IMG/VR virus record: IMGVR_UViG_3300036715_002050
Location: 73,416 to 137,415 of that record
Source of the DNA: a virus
Reading direction: 5' to 3' (one strand)
Length of the DNA stretch: 64,000 nucleotides
Part shown: one piece after another, positions 29,100 through 42,020 of the stretch
Position numbering within the stretch: the first letter of the stretch is position 1
Layout of the letters: each line of letters opens with the position of its first letter
Notes under the pieces: model-generated
Told to the model about the DNA's origin: nothing
The model's input: only the letters and a program-made list of their open reading frames with translations
The model's database searches: none
Program-made: the position numbers and the translations under genes

Positions 29100-30945
29100 T
29101 GGCTGCCCCACCTATGAAACCAAGATGTTTTTATTGAATCTATCAGAACAAGGCAAGGAAGAATACGACAAGCAAAGAGCTATCATGGTGGAATATGGGG
29201 CTCAAGGATATTCGTTAGTAACCACTGTTCACATCAAAGAGTGGTTCGTTTTACATACCTTGCAACGCGTTAAATGCAACGGAGAAAGGATCTAACCAAT
29301 GGCTGACCGACAAAGTGCTGCGCTGTTTGGACAAATCTTCGAGCATTGTGCCGAATTTCCTAGCGATCCCAACAAAGAGTTTGCTCGCAAGATGTGGGAA
29401 CAAATTGGCGACTTCGATTTTGATTATTACCAACTTGGATGTGATGAAGCGTTGATCAAGTTAGGGCTGGCTCGTGCAAGTCCGTGTAGGTGCGAACCAA
29501 CCACCCAATATTTTGTTGGCGAGGAGTGGCAATGACCGATCAAGAATTCGATGCCATAGTCTTGCAGCCCGACCGCCAGTTCGGTGTCTCCCCCAACGGT
29601 TGGTGGTACTTTGTGGACGAAACCGAACAATACCAAGGCCCCTATGCATCTAAAGAGTTGGCGGAATTGGGACGGGAAGAATACAGCGAAATGTTAAACG
29701 GACCTACCCGATGACTATCGATAAACAGATCGACAAGATGTTCCAAGAGTTTGAAGACCTATTCCAAGAAGGGTGGTTCGAAGAGGCTGATGCCGCCATG
29801 GTCGAATATGATTACGGAGACGATATTCGGTTAATGGTAGCTTTATTGACCATCACATTAATGGCCAAAGACAAACTACCATCGCGTGATGCGGTTGTAG
29901 AAAAAATCCGCCAGCGTATCATGGTGCTTGCTCCGGACCGCTGTGCTCGTCTACTCCAGGGCTTGCACTAACACCCGACTCGTGCTACGGTGCTGTTCGT
30001 CCCAATACAAAGGATTTTAAAAATGACTACGAAGAAAGGTTTGCCGCCCATGCCGTCTGTCACCGAATTCACCACAGAACAGTTGGAAGCAGAGTTGGCT
30101 GTCCGCAAGAAAGCGGAAGCTGCCGAAAAAGCGCGCATCAAGCGCAAGCAAGAAGAGGCCGCACGTAAAGAGATTGCTCGCGTGCGGGACGCGGGACTAA
30201 CAGAGTTGGAAGAATTGATGAAGACTGTCCGCACTTCAATCACCCGAGCGGTGAATCTGTCCGCTGAACACGGCTTTGTGTTTACGGTAGGAATCGATGA
30301 CCAAGAGCACACGTGCGACGGCGGTTGTTGGAACAAGCCGGACAACGATGGATGGGACTCTTCCAACCAAAATTGCTGAACCAAGGGGCACATAATGACT
30401 AAGAAGCTAGAAGAGAAGTTAGGCTGGGGATGGAAAAGTATAAACGCCTACAGCAAAAGATCCGCGACGACCAACTCAAGGCGGCAGAAGAACGTGAACG
30501 TACACGAGCCGCCCGCGAAGCCAAGCAAAAGATTGGCTACGAAAAGCTAGCCAACTTGAAGCAGAACTAGAGCGTCGCGACACGGAAGCCTTGAAAGAGG
30601 CACAGCGCAAGGCTATCGTGGAGGCCAACGAGGCACAGCGCGCCAAGATAGAGAAAGAAAAACGCCAGCGCGCCGTCGAAAAGACGATTGCCGAAAAGAT
30701 TGCGGAGGCACTTAAGTTGATTAAAGAGTGCGAAAAGCTTGCCGACGAAACCGGTGTCGAGTTCGGATGGGACTTGGCGTACGGTATGGGTGGTTACTAC
30801 CTACCGGAATCCCACCCGGACGCAAAAGAGACGGGCAAGTCGGGATGGATGTCTTCGTCTCGAAATTGCTGATCGGTCCCATAGAGCTTGACAGCGGCCC
30901 CGGTTCTTGATAGAACCGGGGCTCACTTGCGACAGGAGTCCAAAA

Positions 30946-31932
30946 ATGCTTTTGATTGGTTCGATGGCGTTGGTAGAGCGGTTGCCGGGGGTGCCGCTGG
31001 GTAGGAAGTGCGGTGATTGCGACGTCATTTGTACACATGACGAATACTTGGCGTATGTGCGTGCTCATCGGGAACAGTTCAAGCGTTTGGTGCCTATAGA
31101 CAAGGGTAAGAAAATCGTGGGTACTACGATCCACGGTTGGCACATCGAATTCGAAATTGCTTGGGAAGATACCACAGGCAAGGCATTGATGGATTTGGTT
31201 GATGCGGATTCGCGCACCCAACGCCATCATATCGACTTGGGTGTCGGAGCAGAGATCGTGTCAGTGCCGTGTGTGGAAGTTTTGTATGCCATCAAAATGT
31301 CCCACCGGTTCTTGAAGGACTCCCCGCACTTCTACAAGACCATGTCGGATATTCACGATATGCGCCGCTTGCACAAGCACGACAACGGGGCTATCGATCC
31401 GATGTACGCCGAATGGTACAAGGCACGTGTCAAAGAAACTTATTGGTATGCGCATCCCAAGCTCAACCAATCCAAAGAAGATTTCTTCAAGGACGATGGG
31501 ATTAAGTATGTGTACGATCACGATACCATCCACTTGTCGGTTGCACAAACGGTGTGGGACGGTGTCCCCATCCCCGCTTATACCTTCTTCAAAGAGCCCG
31601 GATCCGAAGTGCTGTGCTCCAAAAAGTTGTTCATGGAACAGTCTTATTCTATCCAACTGTCGTCGGTAGTAGAAGAGGCGACAGTGTTGGCGCTAGAGCG
31701 TTCGCAGATCCCGCACCCGAACGTGTGGACGCCCGACAAGTCCTTCCGTTACGCCTTGATGAAGGTTTGTACGTCCATCACTTCCGGGTGGTGGCGGGAC
31801 TTCGCTTGGGAAAACCATGACCAAGCATTGGCGCAGTACGACAAAAACTACTTGAACAAGTTCCATGCAGATGTTGCGTCCGGCCTAGTTAAGCCGTTCC
31901 AACCAAAGGAAGCCCAAAATGCCGCTATGTAA
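30946..31932 (+). CDS. Conserved phage protein with N-terminal nucleotidyltransferase-like GS...DxD motif
   Basis: LIGS.AL...DCDVI...KMSHRF...YDHDTIH...EEA.VLALER...KVCTSITSGWWR.FAWEN. Confidence 0.6.
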   Translation: MLLIGSMALVERLPGVPLGRKCGDCDVICTHDEYLAYVRAHREQFKRLVPIDKGKKIVGTTIHGWHIEFEIAWEDTTGKALMDLVDADSRTQRHHIDLGVGAEIVSVPCVEVLYAIKMSHRFLKDSPHFYKTMSDIHDMRRLHKHDNGAIDPMYAEWYKARVKETYWYAHPKLNQSKEDFFKDDGIKYVYDHDTIHLSVAQTVWDGVPIPAYTFFKEPGSEVLCSKKLFMEQSYSIQLSSVVEEATVLALERSQIPHPNVWTPDKSFRYALMKVCTSITSGWWRDFAWENHDQALAQYDKNYLNKFHADVASGLVKPFQPKEAQNAAM

Positions 31933-32236
31933 TTGGTGTGGTGATCCGAACAATTTGAACACGTCGAATAATTGCCCGCGTTGTGTACGGTGGATCGTGG
32001 GTGACCAAGAGTCGTTGCATATGTTGCGTATCATCCGCCACATGATATCGCGGGAGATCGGAGCAACTACGGAAGAAGAAATCCACCGGCTGCTGGACGA
32101 CGCGATGTTCGCTACAGCCGCCGCCGATAAGTTGTCCCACAAGTAACGTGCCGAAAAATGCGGGGCGGGCCTTGACTAGAGGCCCGCCCCGTGTCATTGT
32201 GTCTGTGGATGGTTGGTCTTCTCCAAGGAGTCGCAC

Positions 32237-32860
32237 ATGGCCACGGTCTTGTCGAAAGAGTTTACCGCTGCACGGGAATACATGAAAGGCGCGCGGTGTT
32301 TTACCGCCATTCGTGCAATGGAGTTCGCTTCAACAATCCACACGGGTACCCGCAAAGACGGCACACCCGAATTCGGCCACCAGATGGGGATCGCACATTA
32401 CTTGCGCACGTTGGGAATGGTCAACGCCATGACCGACTACGCCTTCGCTGCCGCATTCTTCCACGACTTGGTCGAGGACTATCCCCAAGTGCAGCGCAGC
32501 CGTTTGGTCGCTGCCACCAACGATGCCGTCGTTACCATGGCCGAATGTCTGTCCAAAAACGGGCTGACCGAGTCCGAGTACATGGGGCGACTGATCGACT
32601 TTCATATGGGCGTGGGGGGGGGGTTGGATCACTTGCCCGCGCTTATCAAAGGTGCTGACCGAATCCATAACTTGTCTACGGCTAACGGCGGGTTCAGCGC
32701 AGCCAAGATCGTGGAATACGTGGCGGAAAGCCGTGCGACCATCTTGCCTATGCTCAAGACCGTACAGCGCCGGTTCCCCGAATACGACAACGCATTTGAA
32801 AACGAGCGGTTGACCATCAAGATGTTGTGCCGAGCATTGGCCGGTCCGGAGAAAGAATGA
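32237..32860 (+). CDS. RelA/SpoT-type HD hydrolase (small alarmone hydrolase-like)
   Basis: A.EFA...H...RKDG.P...H...A...AA.FHDLVED...IK.ADR.HNL. Confidence 0.85.
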   Translation: MATVLSKEFTAAREYMKGARCFTAIRAMEFASTIHTGTRKDGTPEFGHQMGIAHYLRTLGMVNAMTDYAFAAAFFHDLVEDYPQVQRSRLVAATNDAVVTMAECLSKNGLTESEYMGRLIDFHMGVGGGLDHLPALIKGADRIHNLSTANGGFSAAKIVEYVAESRATILPMLKTVQRRFPEYDNAFENERLTIKMLCRALAGPEKE

Positions 32861-33445
32861 TCTTGGATGCCGATAACGTTGTCACGTTGAACAAGCAATC
32901 GTCGGGCGTCCACCTGATTTATCAAACGCATTACACGCGCCAAGTAAATTTCCCGGGTGGCGGGTCGATGTTATATCCGACCGCAGGAATGGTGGTGTTG
33001 GCTACCAAAAAGCCGGTGGTGCATTATGCTACTGGTCCGGGCACAGCTTGCAACACGTTTCGGACCGGTAATGTGCGAAACGTCACCCGCATTCCAACAT
33101 ATGTTACGTGTCAAATATGTCAACGGTCTTCTTGTTGGCGCTTCGACAGGGGATTGGCTCATGTACTAAGTGTTTGGACACTGAGAATGCAACTATCTCA
33201 ATATATGCGTCGTGAAGCCCGAAAGTGAGCAGGTTTATTCCCCACGTAAATTGCCCGGGTGACTCCATGAACCAGCCTACGATACCGGAAATGATGACCA
33301 AGATCCGGGAATTAGAAAGAGACTTGTACAAGTGTCGGACAGAAGAAGCCCGGCGAACGACGCAATGGTGCTTGAACTTAGCCGTCAACACCTTGATCAA
33401 GCTTTACTATCGGGAAATCCCGGAACCTACAACCAAGGACTAACA

Positions 33446-34432
33446 ATGCCTACGTATGGCAAAGAAAAAGTGCGGGACATGGTGCGGTCGTTGTTGCCGT
33501 CCAAGCACCGCCGTCGAGCCCGTGTCCGTCGTGCAACTACCCACCGCGCTACGCGTCGGGCTATGCGTCAACAGGTCCACACGTTGTTGGTTGAAGAGGG
33601 GTGGGAGGACGAGGGTGGGTTTGAACCGGCTTATGCCGAAGACGACTTCGACATGTTGGTACGGGAAGACGAACTGGAAATCCACTACATGGTCTTCGAC
33701 CGTCGTCAAGGTGACAAGACGGCGCCGTTTGAACGGTGGGCACCGAAGGCCACTCGTGGCCAGCCTGACCGACGCATGGCCCAACTACGGGGAATGGTTC
33801 CTGACAACATCATCGGCCAACACGCACTGACCCACGTGGACCATAAGCCGGAGTTTGCGACTAACTATCTCCGCAACTATTGGGACGGCTTCGGTAGTTA
33901 CGAAGAATATCTGGCACACCATCACGCGGAACGCAAGAAGAAGTTCGATAAGCTGGTGGCGCAGATGCGGTCCACCTTGTACGAGGTGATTGCCGCAGGA
34001 CTCCACGGGCACTTCAACGAACACGTCCGACAAGTCCGTCCTTGCTACGGCATCCATGATATCGACGCTTACTTTGCCGCTTGCTTCAAGACCGGTTCCT
34101 TCAACCTCGTTTGTGATTACTTGGACGCTTGGATCAAAGGCGGCTACGAAGGTATCAAGGAATATGTTGGCCAGCCCCGTGACTTGCTCTGGCAACGCCC
34201 GCCTTCATGGCAAACAACTTACGGCTGGGCGGCATCCGGTTGGCACGAACCCGCCAGCTATGATTACCGCAGCGGGCGTAAACCGCGCCCGCAGTTGACC
34301 GAAGAAGAGTTCACCAAGATTTTGGCAGACAACAAACGCAAGCGCCGCGCCGAAGAAGCGGCAAAGGGGGCTCGATGTTCTTTTGACCAGAAGACTTTGC
34401 TCGCCACGAAAAACACTACCGACGAGCGCTGA
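33446..34432 (+). CDS. Arg-rich hypothetical phage protein
   Basis: AAGGA RBS; long ORF; no recognisable motif. Confidence 0.55.
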   Translation: MPTYGKEKVRDMVRSLLPSKHRRRARVRRATTHRATRRAMRQQVHTLLVEEGWEDEGGFEPAYAEDDFDMLVREDELEIHYMVFDRRQGDKTAPFERWAPKATRGQPDRRMAQLRGMVPDNIIGQHALTHVDHKPEFATNYLRNYWDGFGSYEEYLAHHHAERKKKFDKLVAQMRSTLYEVIAAGLHGHFNEHVRQVRPCYGIHDIDAYFAACFKTGSFNLVCDYLDAWIKGGYEGIKEYVGQPRDLLWQRPPSWQTTYGWAASGWHEPASYDYRSGRKPRPQLTEEEFTKILADNKRKRRAEEAAKGARCSFDQKTLLATKNTTDER

Positions 34433-35626
34433 TGGGATTGTTGCGCGGCGAAAAAATCCCCACCCGCACCGAGTACATAGGGCTGTGTTGGAAAAACCAA
34501 GTTTTGTGTGGTGATTGCCCAGGTTACATGTTTTGTCAACTTGCTGATAATCCACCACGCATAAGCGAAACCCATTTTCGTTACTTCGGTACCGGGGAAC
34601 TAGAACTGCGGGGCGTTGGTTGGGATGAAGAAAACTTTTTCCATGAACTCTTTTGGGCACGCACTTACTGGTGCCCTAGCTGTTTAGCTATCTTAAAAAG
34701 GATTAACAAATGACCGGCATCAAGTTTAACGAGTTCGAACGCGGCGCGATTTTGCACACCCAACACGGCACCCACGCAATCGGGGTGCTGTTGGCCTTGA
34801 TTTGGGTACACTTTCTGGGCATTGCTCCGGTCGCCATCTTTTATGGCTTGAACTTAGTGGGACATTTGGTGCAGCACATTTGGCTGTCACAACAAGATGT
34901 TGACGGCGACGGCGATGCTGCGGTAGTGTCCTTGTACCATGGCGATGACCAAGATGACTGAGCGTAAGAAGTGGTACAGCCCCCGGCGCTTCCCGACGTG
35001 CGGTCGGGACGATTGTGATGTGGAGTGCTGCTGTGGGGCCGCATTTGCCTGTGGTGACGCTGGACGAGCCCGCCCCAAGCGTTGGACCGGGGCGACGCTG
35101 GCAACGCTACTAGCTCCCGTACGGACAACCACCAACGCCCGGCTGGAGGCCGAACGCGCCCGCGCCGCCGCGCTTGACTCCGCCGCCGACTTCCGCTAAG
35201 GTCTTTTTCGTTGACGCACACAAACCCGGAGTACCACATGACCGAACCCACGACCACCTACGTTTTCCAGTGCTCTTGCTCACAGTGCGGTGACGAAGAA
35301 ACTCCTTACCCAACCTTCCCTATCCAATCCGTATCCGTCCTTCAAGCTCGGGAAGTAGCGCTGTTGATCTGCAGCAAGCCCGTCATGTTTGTTCCCCACA
35401 ACCCGTCGTAACGTATCCAACAAAGGATTTAACCATGTCTACCGACAACGCCGCCACAGCAGCATGATCGCCAAAGGAGACAAGAACAGCGTGAGCAAGG
35501 AGGTAACGAGGGCGACTGTGGCGGCGTTGTCGGTCCCGGCTTGTTCGCTTTGAAGACCATCACCTATTGGGATGCCTTCTTGCTGCGCTGGCTATGCGCA
35601 GAATTGTTCCGGTCCAAGAGTTCTTA

Positions 35627-36253
35627 ATGAAAGAATACCCTAGTATCCCCCGTGGCTTCGTCGGTTTTCCAGGCGAGGCCTATGTTTTCGATAAGTTAGA
35701 TGGCTCCAACTTGCGCTTCGAATGGTCGCGCAAACAAAAGTGGCACAAGTATGGGACCCGGCACGCAATGTTAGGCGTGGACGATCCGATCTTGGGAGGA
35801 GCTATCCCTCTGTTCCACGCGACGCTGGCTGAACCACTAGAAAAGCTAGCACGCGACCAGCGTTGGGATTCTTTGACGGTCTTTTGTGAATACTATGGTC
35901 CCAATTCCTTTGCTGGGTGGCACGATCCCGCAGACGCCGGGTGCATGAAGTTGGCCTTGTTTGATTTGTCTCCTTTGCGGATAGGGATTGTGGGTCCAAA
36001 AGATTTCTTGGACTACACTGAAGAACTGTCTGTCCACACGCCCGCATTTTTGGGGCGCTACAATTGGACCCGGGGGTTTGTAGATAAGGTTTGGGCCAAC
36101 GAAATTCCGGGTATAACGTTTGAAGGTGTCATCGGCAAACACAAATCCGGGAAGCACGACGGAGTTATGGCGAAAGCTAAAACCAAAATGTGGATTGACA
36201 AGATCCATGCTACAAAAACCACTGAAGAAGCAGAAAAACTGATTAATTCATAA
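35627..36253 (+). CDS. ATP-dependent RNA ligase-like protein (adenylation domain only)
   Basis: YPSI, motif I DKLDGSN, F.EYYG, LFD, motif IV EGVI, motif V KAK. Confidence 0.75.
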   Translation: MKEYPSIPRGFVGFPGEAYVFDKLDGSNLRFEWSRKQKWHKYGTRHAMLGVDDPILGGAIPLFHATLAEPLEKLARDQRWDSLTVFCEYYGPNSFAGWHDPADAGCMKLALFDLSPLRIGIVGPKDFLDYTEELSVHTPAFLGRYNWTRGFVDKVWANEIPGITFEGVIGKHKSGKHDGVMAKAKTKMWIDKIHATKTTEEAEKLINS

Positions 36254-36269
36254 CTTAACGGAGTAACAA

Positions 36270-36686
36270 ATGGGCTGCGACATTCATATGTGGGTAGAAG
36301 TTCTTCAACCAGACGGCAAGTGGGACACCGTAAGTCGTCCCAGTACCGAAAAGAACTTGTTGGGGATGGCGTGGGGTTGGGCGGACTATCGTTCCTACGA
36401 TACTTTTGCCTTCTTAGCGGACGTGCGTAATGGTTACGGTACCAACGACCGTTGCGTACCGCTGGCCCGAGCGCGGGGATGGCCGGATGATGTGTCCGCC
36501 GAACCACTGCAAAAATCGGACGACTATGGTGACGATGGTCACAGTCATTCTTGGTTTACCCTCCGAGAGCTTTTGGAATCCGGACGGCTACAAAACTTTG
36601 TGTCGTTGCAAGATGACGTACTGCTAGCTGCTGGGCTGCACCCTAATCCGGGATGTGTGCGGATGGTTTTCTTCTTCGACAACTAA
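36270..36686 (+). CDS. Conserved phage protein (MGCDIH family)
   Basis: MGCDIH..VE...R.Y..FA.LADVRN...RG.P.D.S...HSHSW.TL.EL...RMVF.FDN. Confidence 0.75.
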   Translation: MGCDIHMWVEVLQPDGKWDTVSRPSTEKNLLGMAWGWADYRSYDTFAFLADVRNGYGTNDRCVPLARARGWPDDVSAEPLQKSDDYGDDGHSHSWFTLRELLESGRLQNFVSLQDDVLLAAGLHPNPGCVRMVFFFDN

Positions 36687-36888
36687 AAACATGATAATGG
36701 AAACGTTGACGTGTTGGTTCGTCGGACACAAGTGGATGCAAATGGTCTGGGGCAAGCCCAATGGTTCTTGGGCTGCCTTTCAATGTGCCCGGTGTGACCG
36801 GATCGAGTTGCGTCGGGTGTAACGTTGACACCAGGTCGGAGGTGTGGCACAGTGCTGTGGATGGTTGGTCTTGCCCAAGGAGCACCCC

Positions 36889-37385
36889 GTGCGAATTCTT
36901 TTTCTCGATGATGACGATATTCGGGCCGCTGCAGCCCGGCAGTGGGCAGCCCGCTGCGGCCACGAACTCCAGTGGGTGGCCGCGGTCGCGGACTTTGCCG
37001 AAGCGTTTGACCTGGCCAAGTTCGATCTGATCTGTTTGGACCATGACCTGAATGACTTCCCCGAGTTTCATTCGTCCACCGAACCCGGCATGTACGGCAA
37101 CGTGGAACTCAATGGCACCCATGCCGCACGTCACATGATGGAAGTGCTGTTGGATACCATCGACGCCACGACAGCGCCCGACGCAAAGCAAGTCCCCGTC
37201 ACCCCGCCGTCATTATCCATTCCATGAACCGGGGCGGCGCTTTGAACATCTTTTCGATCTTGACCAACCGCACCCAACCTTTTTCCGATACCGTCGTCCT
37301 CTTTTCGTTCGACAAACTCCAAGGCATCGGTGACGCTCCAACTTGTGGCGACCCGTTTTTTACCGTAGTTAACGACAACCTTTAA
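36889..37385 (+). CDS. Cyclic-phosphate-processing receiver-like domain protein, frameshifted near 37190
   Basis: ILFLDDD..R...ICLDHDL...NG; conserved VIIHSMN..G in the -1 frame, ending TAA at 37385. Confidence 0.7.
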
Positions 37386-39859
37386 CCCCCAAGGTGCCTT
37401 ATGAAAAGCACGACGCCAATTACCTTCCAAGTTTTCTACACTATTATAGGTATCGGAATCTACTATGAAATCGTCCACCCTTGTATCCGATACGAATTTG
37501 TACAAACTGAAGTCGACATTTGCCAATCACATTTTAGCGACGGCATGTGCGCTTCTAGAATCACGACCATCATGCCGGTCAAGACCTGCATGGAACGCCG
37601 CTGACCCAGTTGACTCTTACAGCCACCCGTGCTACACTGTTTTTCGTTGATGCAGTTAATGCAGTCCAACCGGGCTAACGCCCAACACCGTGCGCAAGCA
37701 CACCGGAACAACAAATGTCTACCATCAAGAAGTTCGCTAAGTCCACCAAGTTTGCCACCAAGTCCACCAAGAAGTTTGACGAGGACCAGTCGTTTGCTGC
37801 TGTTGCAGACATCAACCATAACCGCTTTGCCGTACGCGTAGTGGGCAAGTCCGAGTTACACGGCTCCACGCTGGTGGGCAAGTTTGCTACCGAGTCCGCC
37901 GCCGAGCGCTTTTCAGAGATCAAGGCGCTGGAGCTATCCCGCAAGTCACGTTTGTCACACGACGAGCGCTTCTTGCTGGCGGACGTGCATGTCGTGGTTG
38001 TCGACACCACCCGCAACGTGGATAAGGGCGGGGAAGTTTTGTCGTTCACCACCCCATACGCCGAAGCCGACAAGGAGTGCCGCACGGCAGAACTGCCCAC
38101 GCACATGAACCACCCCATGCCTTACCCCAACGTCGATGAGTCCCGCAGCATTCCCGTGGACTTCTTGGACGCCGAGGAAGAGTAATGGGTATCGTTTGTT
38201 GGGCAGTCGGGCACCGCTGGGATATTGACACCTTGTCCTTGGTGTTGCAACCTATAAACATCGTTGACCAATTGCAAGACACACCCGTCGATACAGACTT
38301 GGTTCAAAAATGTTTTATATCTTGTGCCCGGTGCGCAGAATTTTGCACATGGACTGCCACAACCAGAATCAAAATTAACATAACGTGTAGCAAGCTACCC
38401 AAGGAGAGTAAAGATGGCTGACGTAAAGCATACCGTACACTCTGTAGAAGCGTTCGGTAACGAAGAGACTGGATTTGATATTACTCAAGTACATGGGTCC
38501 AAGGGCACCGTGGATATTGACGGGCTGACCGACGACGAAATCTTGGTGGAGTTGTCCAAGAAAGAATTGCTGTTTGGACACCCCAAGTGCTATGTCATCC
38601 AGCATACCGAACGTGGTATGGAAGTGTTGGATTGCTTGACGGGTGAGCCGGAAAGTTTGATTGTTGCTTCGGAGCCCGGCGACACACATCATTGAGCATA
38701 GTTAACCAGCCCGGGGCATCCGCCCCGGGCTTTTTATTGGACGGACCATGAGCGATTTTGCCAACAAACATTTCAACGATAAAGAAACACGCTGCGGGAT
38801 TTGTCGCCACTACAAAGGTGCTCCCGACGTGTGCAAGGCATGCACCCACTTGCGTGATTTGCTGGGGCCAGAAGAATTCAAGCACTTGTTGCTGCTCATG
38901 CGATCAATCGCACACGAATCTTCACGTACAAAGAGGTGTTAGCTATGCCCCTGATCAAAGACCACACGATTCCGCGTACGGACGCGACCCCGATGTATGT
39001 GTTGGAAATGTTCAACGACCAAACGTCGCCCAACGAATACGTGATCTACGTGTCTGAGTGCAGCGTGTGGGGAAGTAAAACCCACTTGGAATCCGTGCAT
39101 TGCTACAATGCCACCGAGCGGGACTACTTGTGGGACAAGATGATCGCCAAGTATAGTTCGGTAGTGCCCGAGCCCGAAAAAAGTTACAAGTTGGTGTGGA
39201 ACTATTGTGACCAATCCGAGCCCGGAGTATTCCCTACACGAAAAGGGCGGGCGTACACAGAAGTCGTAGAATCAACAGACCCACGACCCGCTGTAAAGAT
39301 GGTGTAAGTGACTGCCACACAACCAAAGGATAAACACAATGGAACTAAAAGACTTGGAAAACTTGTCGGGTGAAGAGTTGCAACGGGTGCTGGGGGTGTT
39401 GGCTCGTGGCAAGTATGAACTGGTGCGATGTGTGGATGCGGATTCGCCCGACACGATTGCCCGCATGATTTTCAGTGCTTTGTTGGGTACAGAATACGCC
39501 GAACAAAAGACCCCGACGTTGTACAAGTGCCGCGCGACGTTTGCGGGCTTTGACGCACAAACCAACCAGCCCCGTTCCGTCGTAGAAGAACTGCCGGACC
39601 AACTGACGCTGGGCGATTGGCTGTGCGAGCTAGCCCGATGGCAGGCTCGCTACGTCACCGTGGATGGCGTGGTAACGCCGATGGACGCCATGGTGACAGA
39701 CCAGTCGCCCCGCCCCCACATCTACGCCCAGTCGGCTCCACCGGGCGCTAATTGACCGGCGGTGGGGAACCCCACCCCTTGACTCCCACCCCACAACGTG
39801 ACACAGTGCCTCTTGGGTCCACCGACCAAGAGGTTTTGTCGTTACTACCGGGATACCAC

Positions 39860-40267
39860 ATGCTCGCTCAAGCTATTGCCGAAGCCATCCGCGCCGCTTC
39901 CAAGTCCACCCACTCCACCTTCTTTCACGGGTGCGCCGTCGTTGAAGCCAACACCGTTGTGGCTGTGGGCCACAACATCGCCTTCGGTGAGCACGCAGAG
40001 GTCAACGCTATCTCCCGCATCCACCCCGCCTATCGCAAGGGCAAGACCTTGTACGTTGCTCGTGTTACCAAGGGGGGCAAGTTGGCCTCGTCTCGTCCCT
40101 GTTCTGCATGCCAATCTTCCTTGTACCACTTGTGCGGCATCCGCCGCGTCTATTTTTCGCAATCGGACGGCTCGTGGGGTTTCGTTAAGTTGAACGGGAT
40201 CTACCAGCCCGGTGAAGACTGGCCGGGCGAGGTGTTGGACGTAATGGGGATCAAAAACGGGAACTAA
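39860..40267 (+). CDS. Zinc-dependent CMP/dCMP-type deaminase
   Basis: HGC.VV...GHN...HAEVNAI...LYVAR...SRPCSAC...GIRRV.FS. Confidence 0.85.
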   Translation: MLAQAIAEAIRAASKSTHSTFFHGCAVVEANTVVAVGHNIAFGEHAEVNAISRIHPAYRKGKTLYVARVTKGGKLASSRPCSACQSSLYHLCGIRRVYFSQSDGSWGFVKLNGIYQPGEDWPGEVLDVMGIKNGN

Positions 40268-42020
40268 CATGACCGACAAAAAAGACGGACCCAATATAGT
40301 TGTGACTTGGGAAACCGAACCTGCTTTTGACGAAAAGGCTTACAAAGAAGTACAAGAAGAAGTTCGTAAACGCAAGTCCGAACAAGAGATCGCCGATTAC
40401 GAGCTGTATTTGGTGTTGCACAAACGCTTTGGCAATCGCAAGAGGTAACAAAATGTCCGGTGAACTGTTGTGCATTACGCCAGAAATCACTTTTGCCAGC
40501 AAGATCCCGCTGGATCATTGCCCGACTATCATGATGTTGCACGCGCGGTTGGAGTTAGCTCAAGCTCGGTTTGATATCCACAAAACACCGAATGGGTGGC
40601 GGTACCCGCCCAGCACTTATTGCTTAAGTGCTGGGCCCAGTCTGTTGACGGACGTGCTGTTGCGGGAAGATCTAGCGCGGGCTTACCCCACCGCATCATA
40701 CGCCAAGGAGTTGGCTGAGCGCAAGCGGCTACCCGAAGACCAACGGCTCGTCCACGAAGCTGTTTGTGTGTTGCATGCGCAAGCCGACAAACAAGCGGAG
40801 GAAATGGAAAAGACATTGGTTGCTGCTCAAACGTTGATGAAGCGGGAAGTGCCGGTACACATTGAAGATGCAGTCAACAACATTGTTGTGCCGCGACCGG
40901 CATCCCGTAAAACTTTAGCAATAAAGGCCGAAAACATGCGCATGGAAAATCAGCAAGTAAAAATCGACATGTTCACCAAGTACGTGGAAGAACAACTGCG
41001 TGAAGCTGTGCAGATGGGCTGGACTTCTTGTGAACTCATCACTACTCCCTTCCGATATGAGTCCTTGTCGGACGAATGGCTGCACATGTTGGCTTGCATG
41101 GTGTACCGGTTCCGCAACGAAGGGTTCCGGGTCGAACTTAGAATGTCACGTTATGGCATGGACCGGATCGATACGTTCAACGTGGATTGGGGCACCCCTA
41201 AGCCGCGAACCAAGTGGACCGGCTGGTGGGAAGACTTGGGGTTGTGGTGGAATTTCACGCCGCTATTTAAATACATGCGGAAAAATTTCAAGTCGATTGA
41301 ACCCGATACCTCCCGGACAACATGATACGTCCCACAAACTTTGTTGTCTAGTCCCCTTGACACCTTTTCCGGGTTTTTGTAAACTGCTGTCGTCCGTCCG
41401 CCCCAAGGCGGCTGCGAGTACGACCACCAACAACACCCCCCCCTTTGGCCCCACAACCGACGAACACACAAACGAGGTCCATATGTCTATGACGTTAAGA
41501 AAAGTGATTAACAGAATGTTTTTACCCTTGGGATACGTATTGGAAACTTATGATACCGGGGCGGTGGTACTGGGAAATGATTTATTGGATGACGGTTTAA
41601 ATCACGAAGCGGCTTTGTTGGATTCCGGTTGGGTATTACGTTACGATGTTTATCGGTTGCGGAGCCAAGACGGCGACTATTCTCCACGCGAAACCTTGAT
41701 GGAAGGAGAGTTCGTGGTTGCTATGGAACACCCGCTGGGCGACGAAATCCAGTTCCACGCCTTGGCTTTGCAACTGTTTGGCTTGAGCGATACGCCCCCG
41801 TGGGGCACCGAGTTGACACCGCCCCCAGAATTGGTTATAGTCCGTGACGCAATCATGCAGGACCCGGTGACAATGTCGGTACTGTTCAACGGCATCGATT
41901 ATCCGTTGGAATTCCAATCGCGGGACGGTACACCGGTAGCACGAACCGTCCCCTAAGCGTGTAAGTTGTTTGTGTGTCAAAAGCAGTCAAAAGCAGTCAA
42001 CCCTAACCCAAGGAAGTGCT

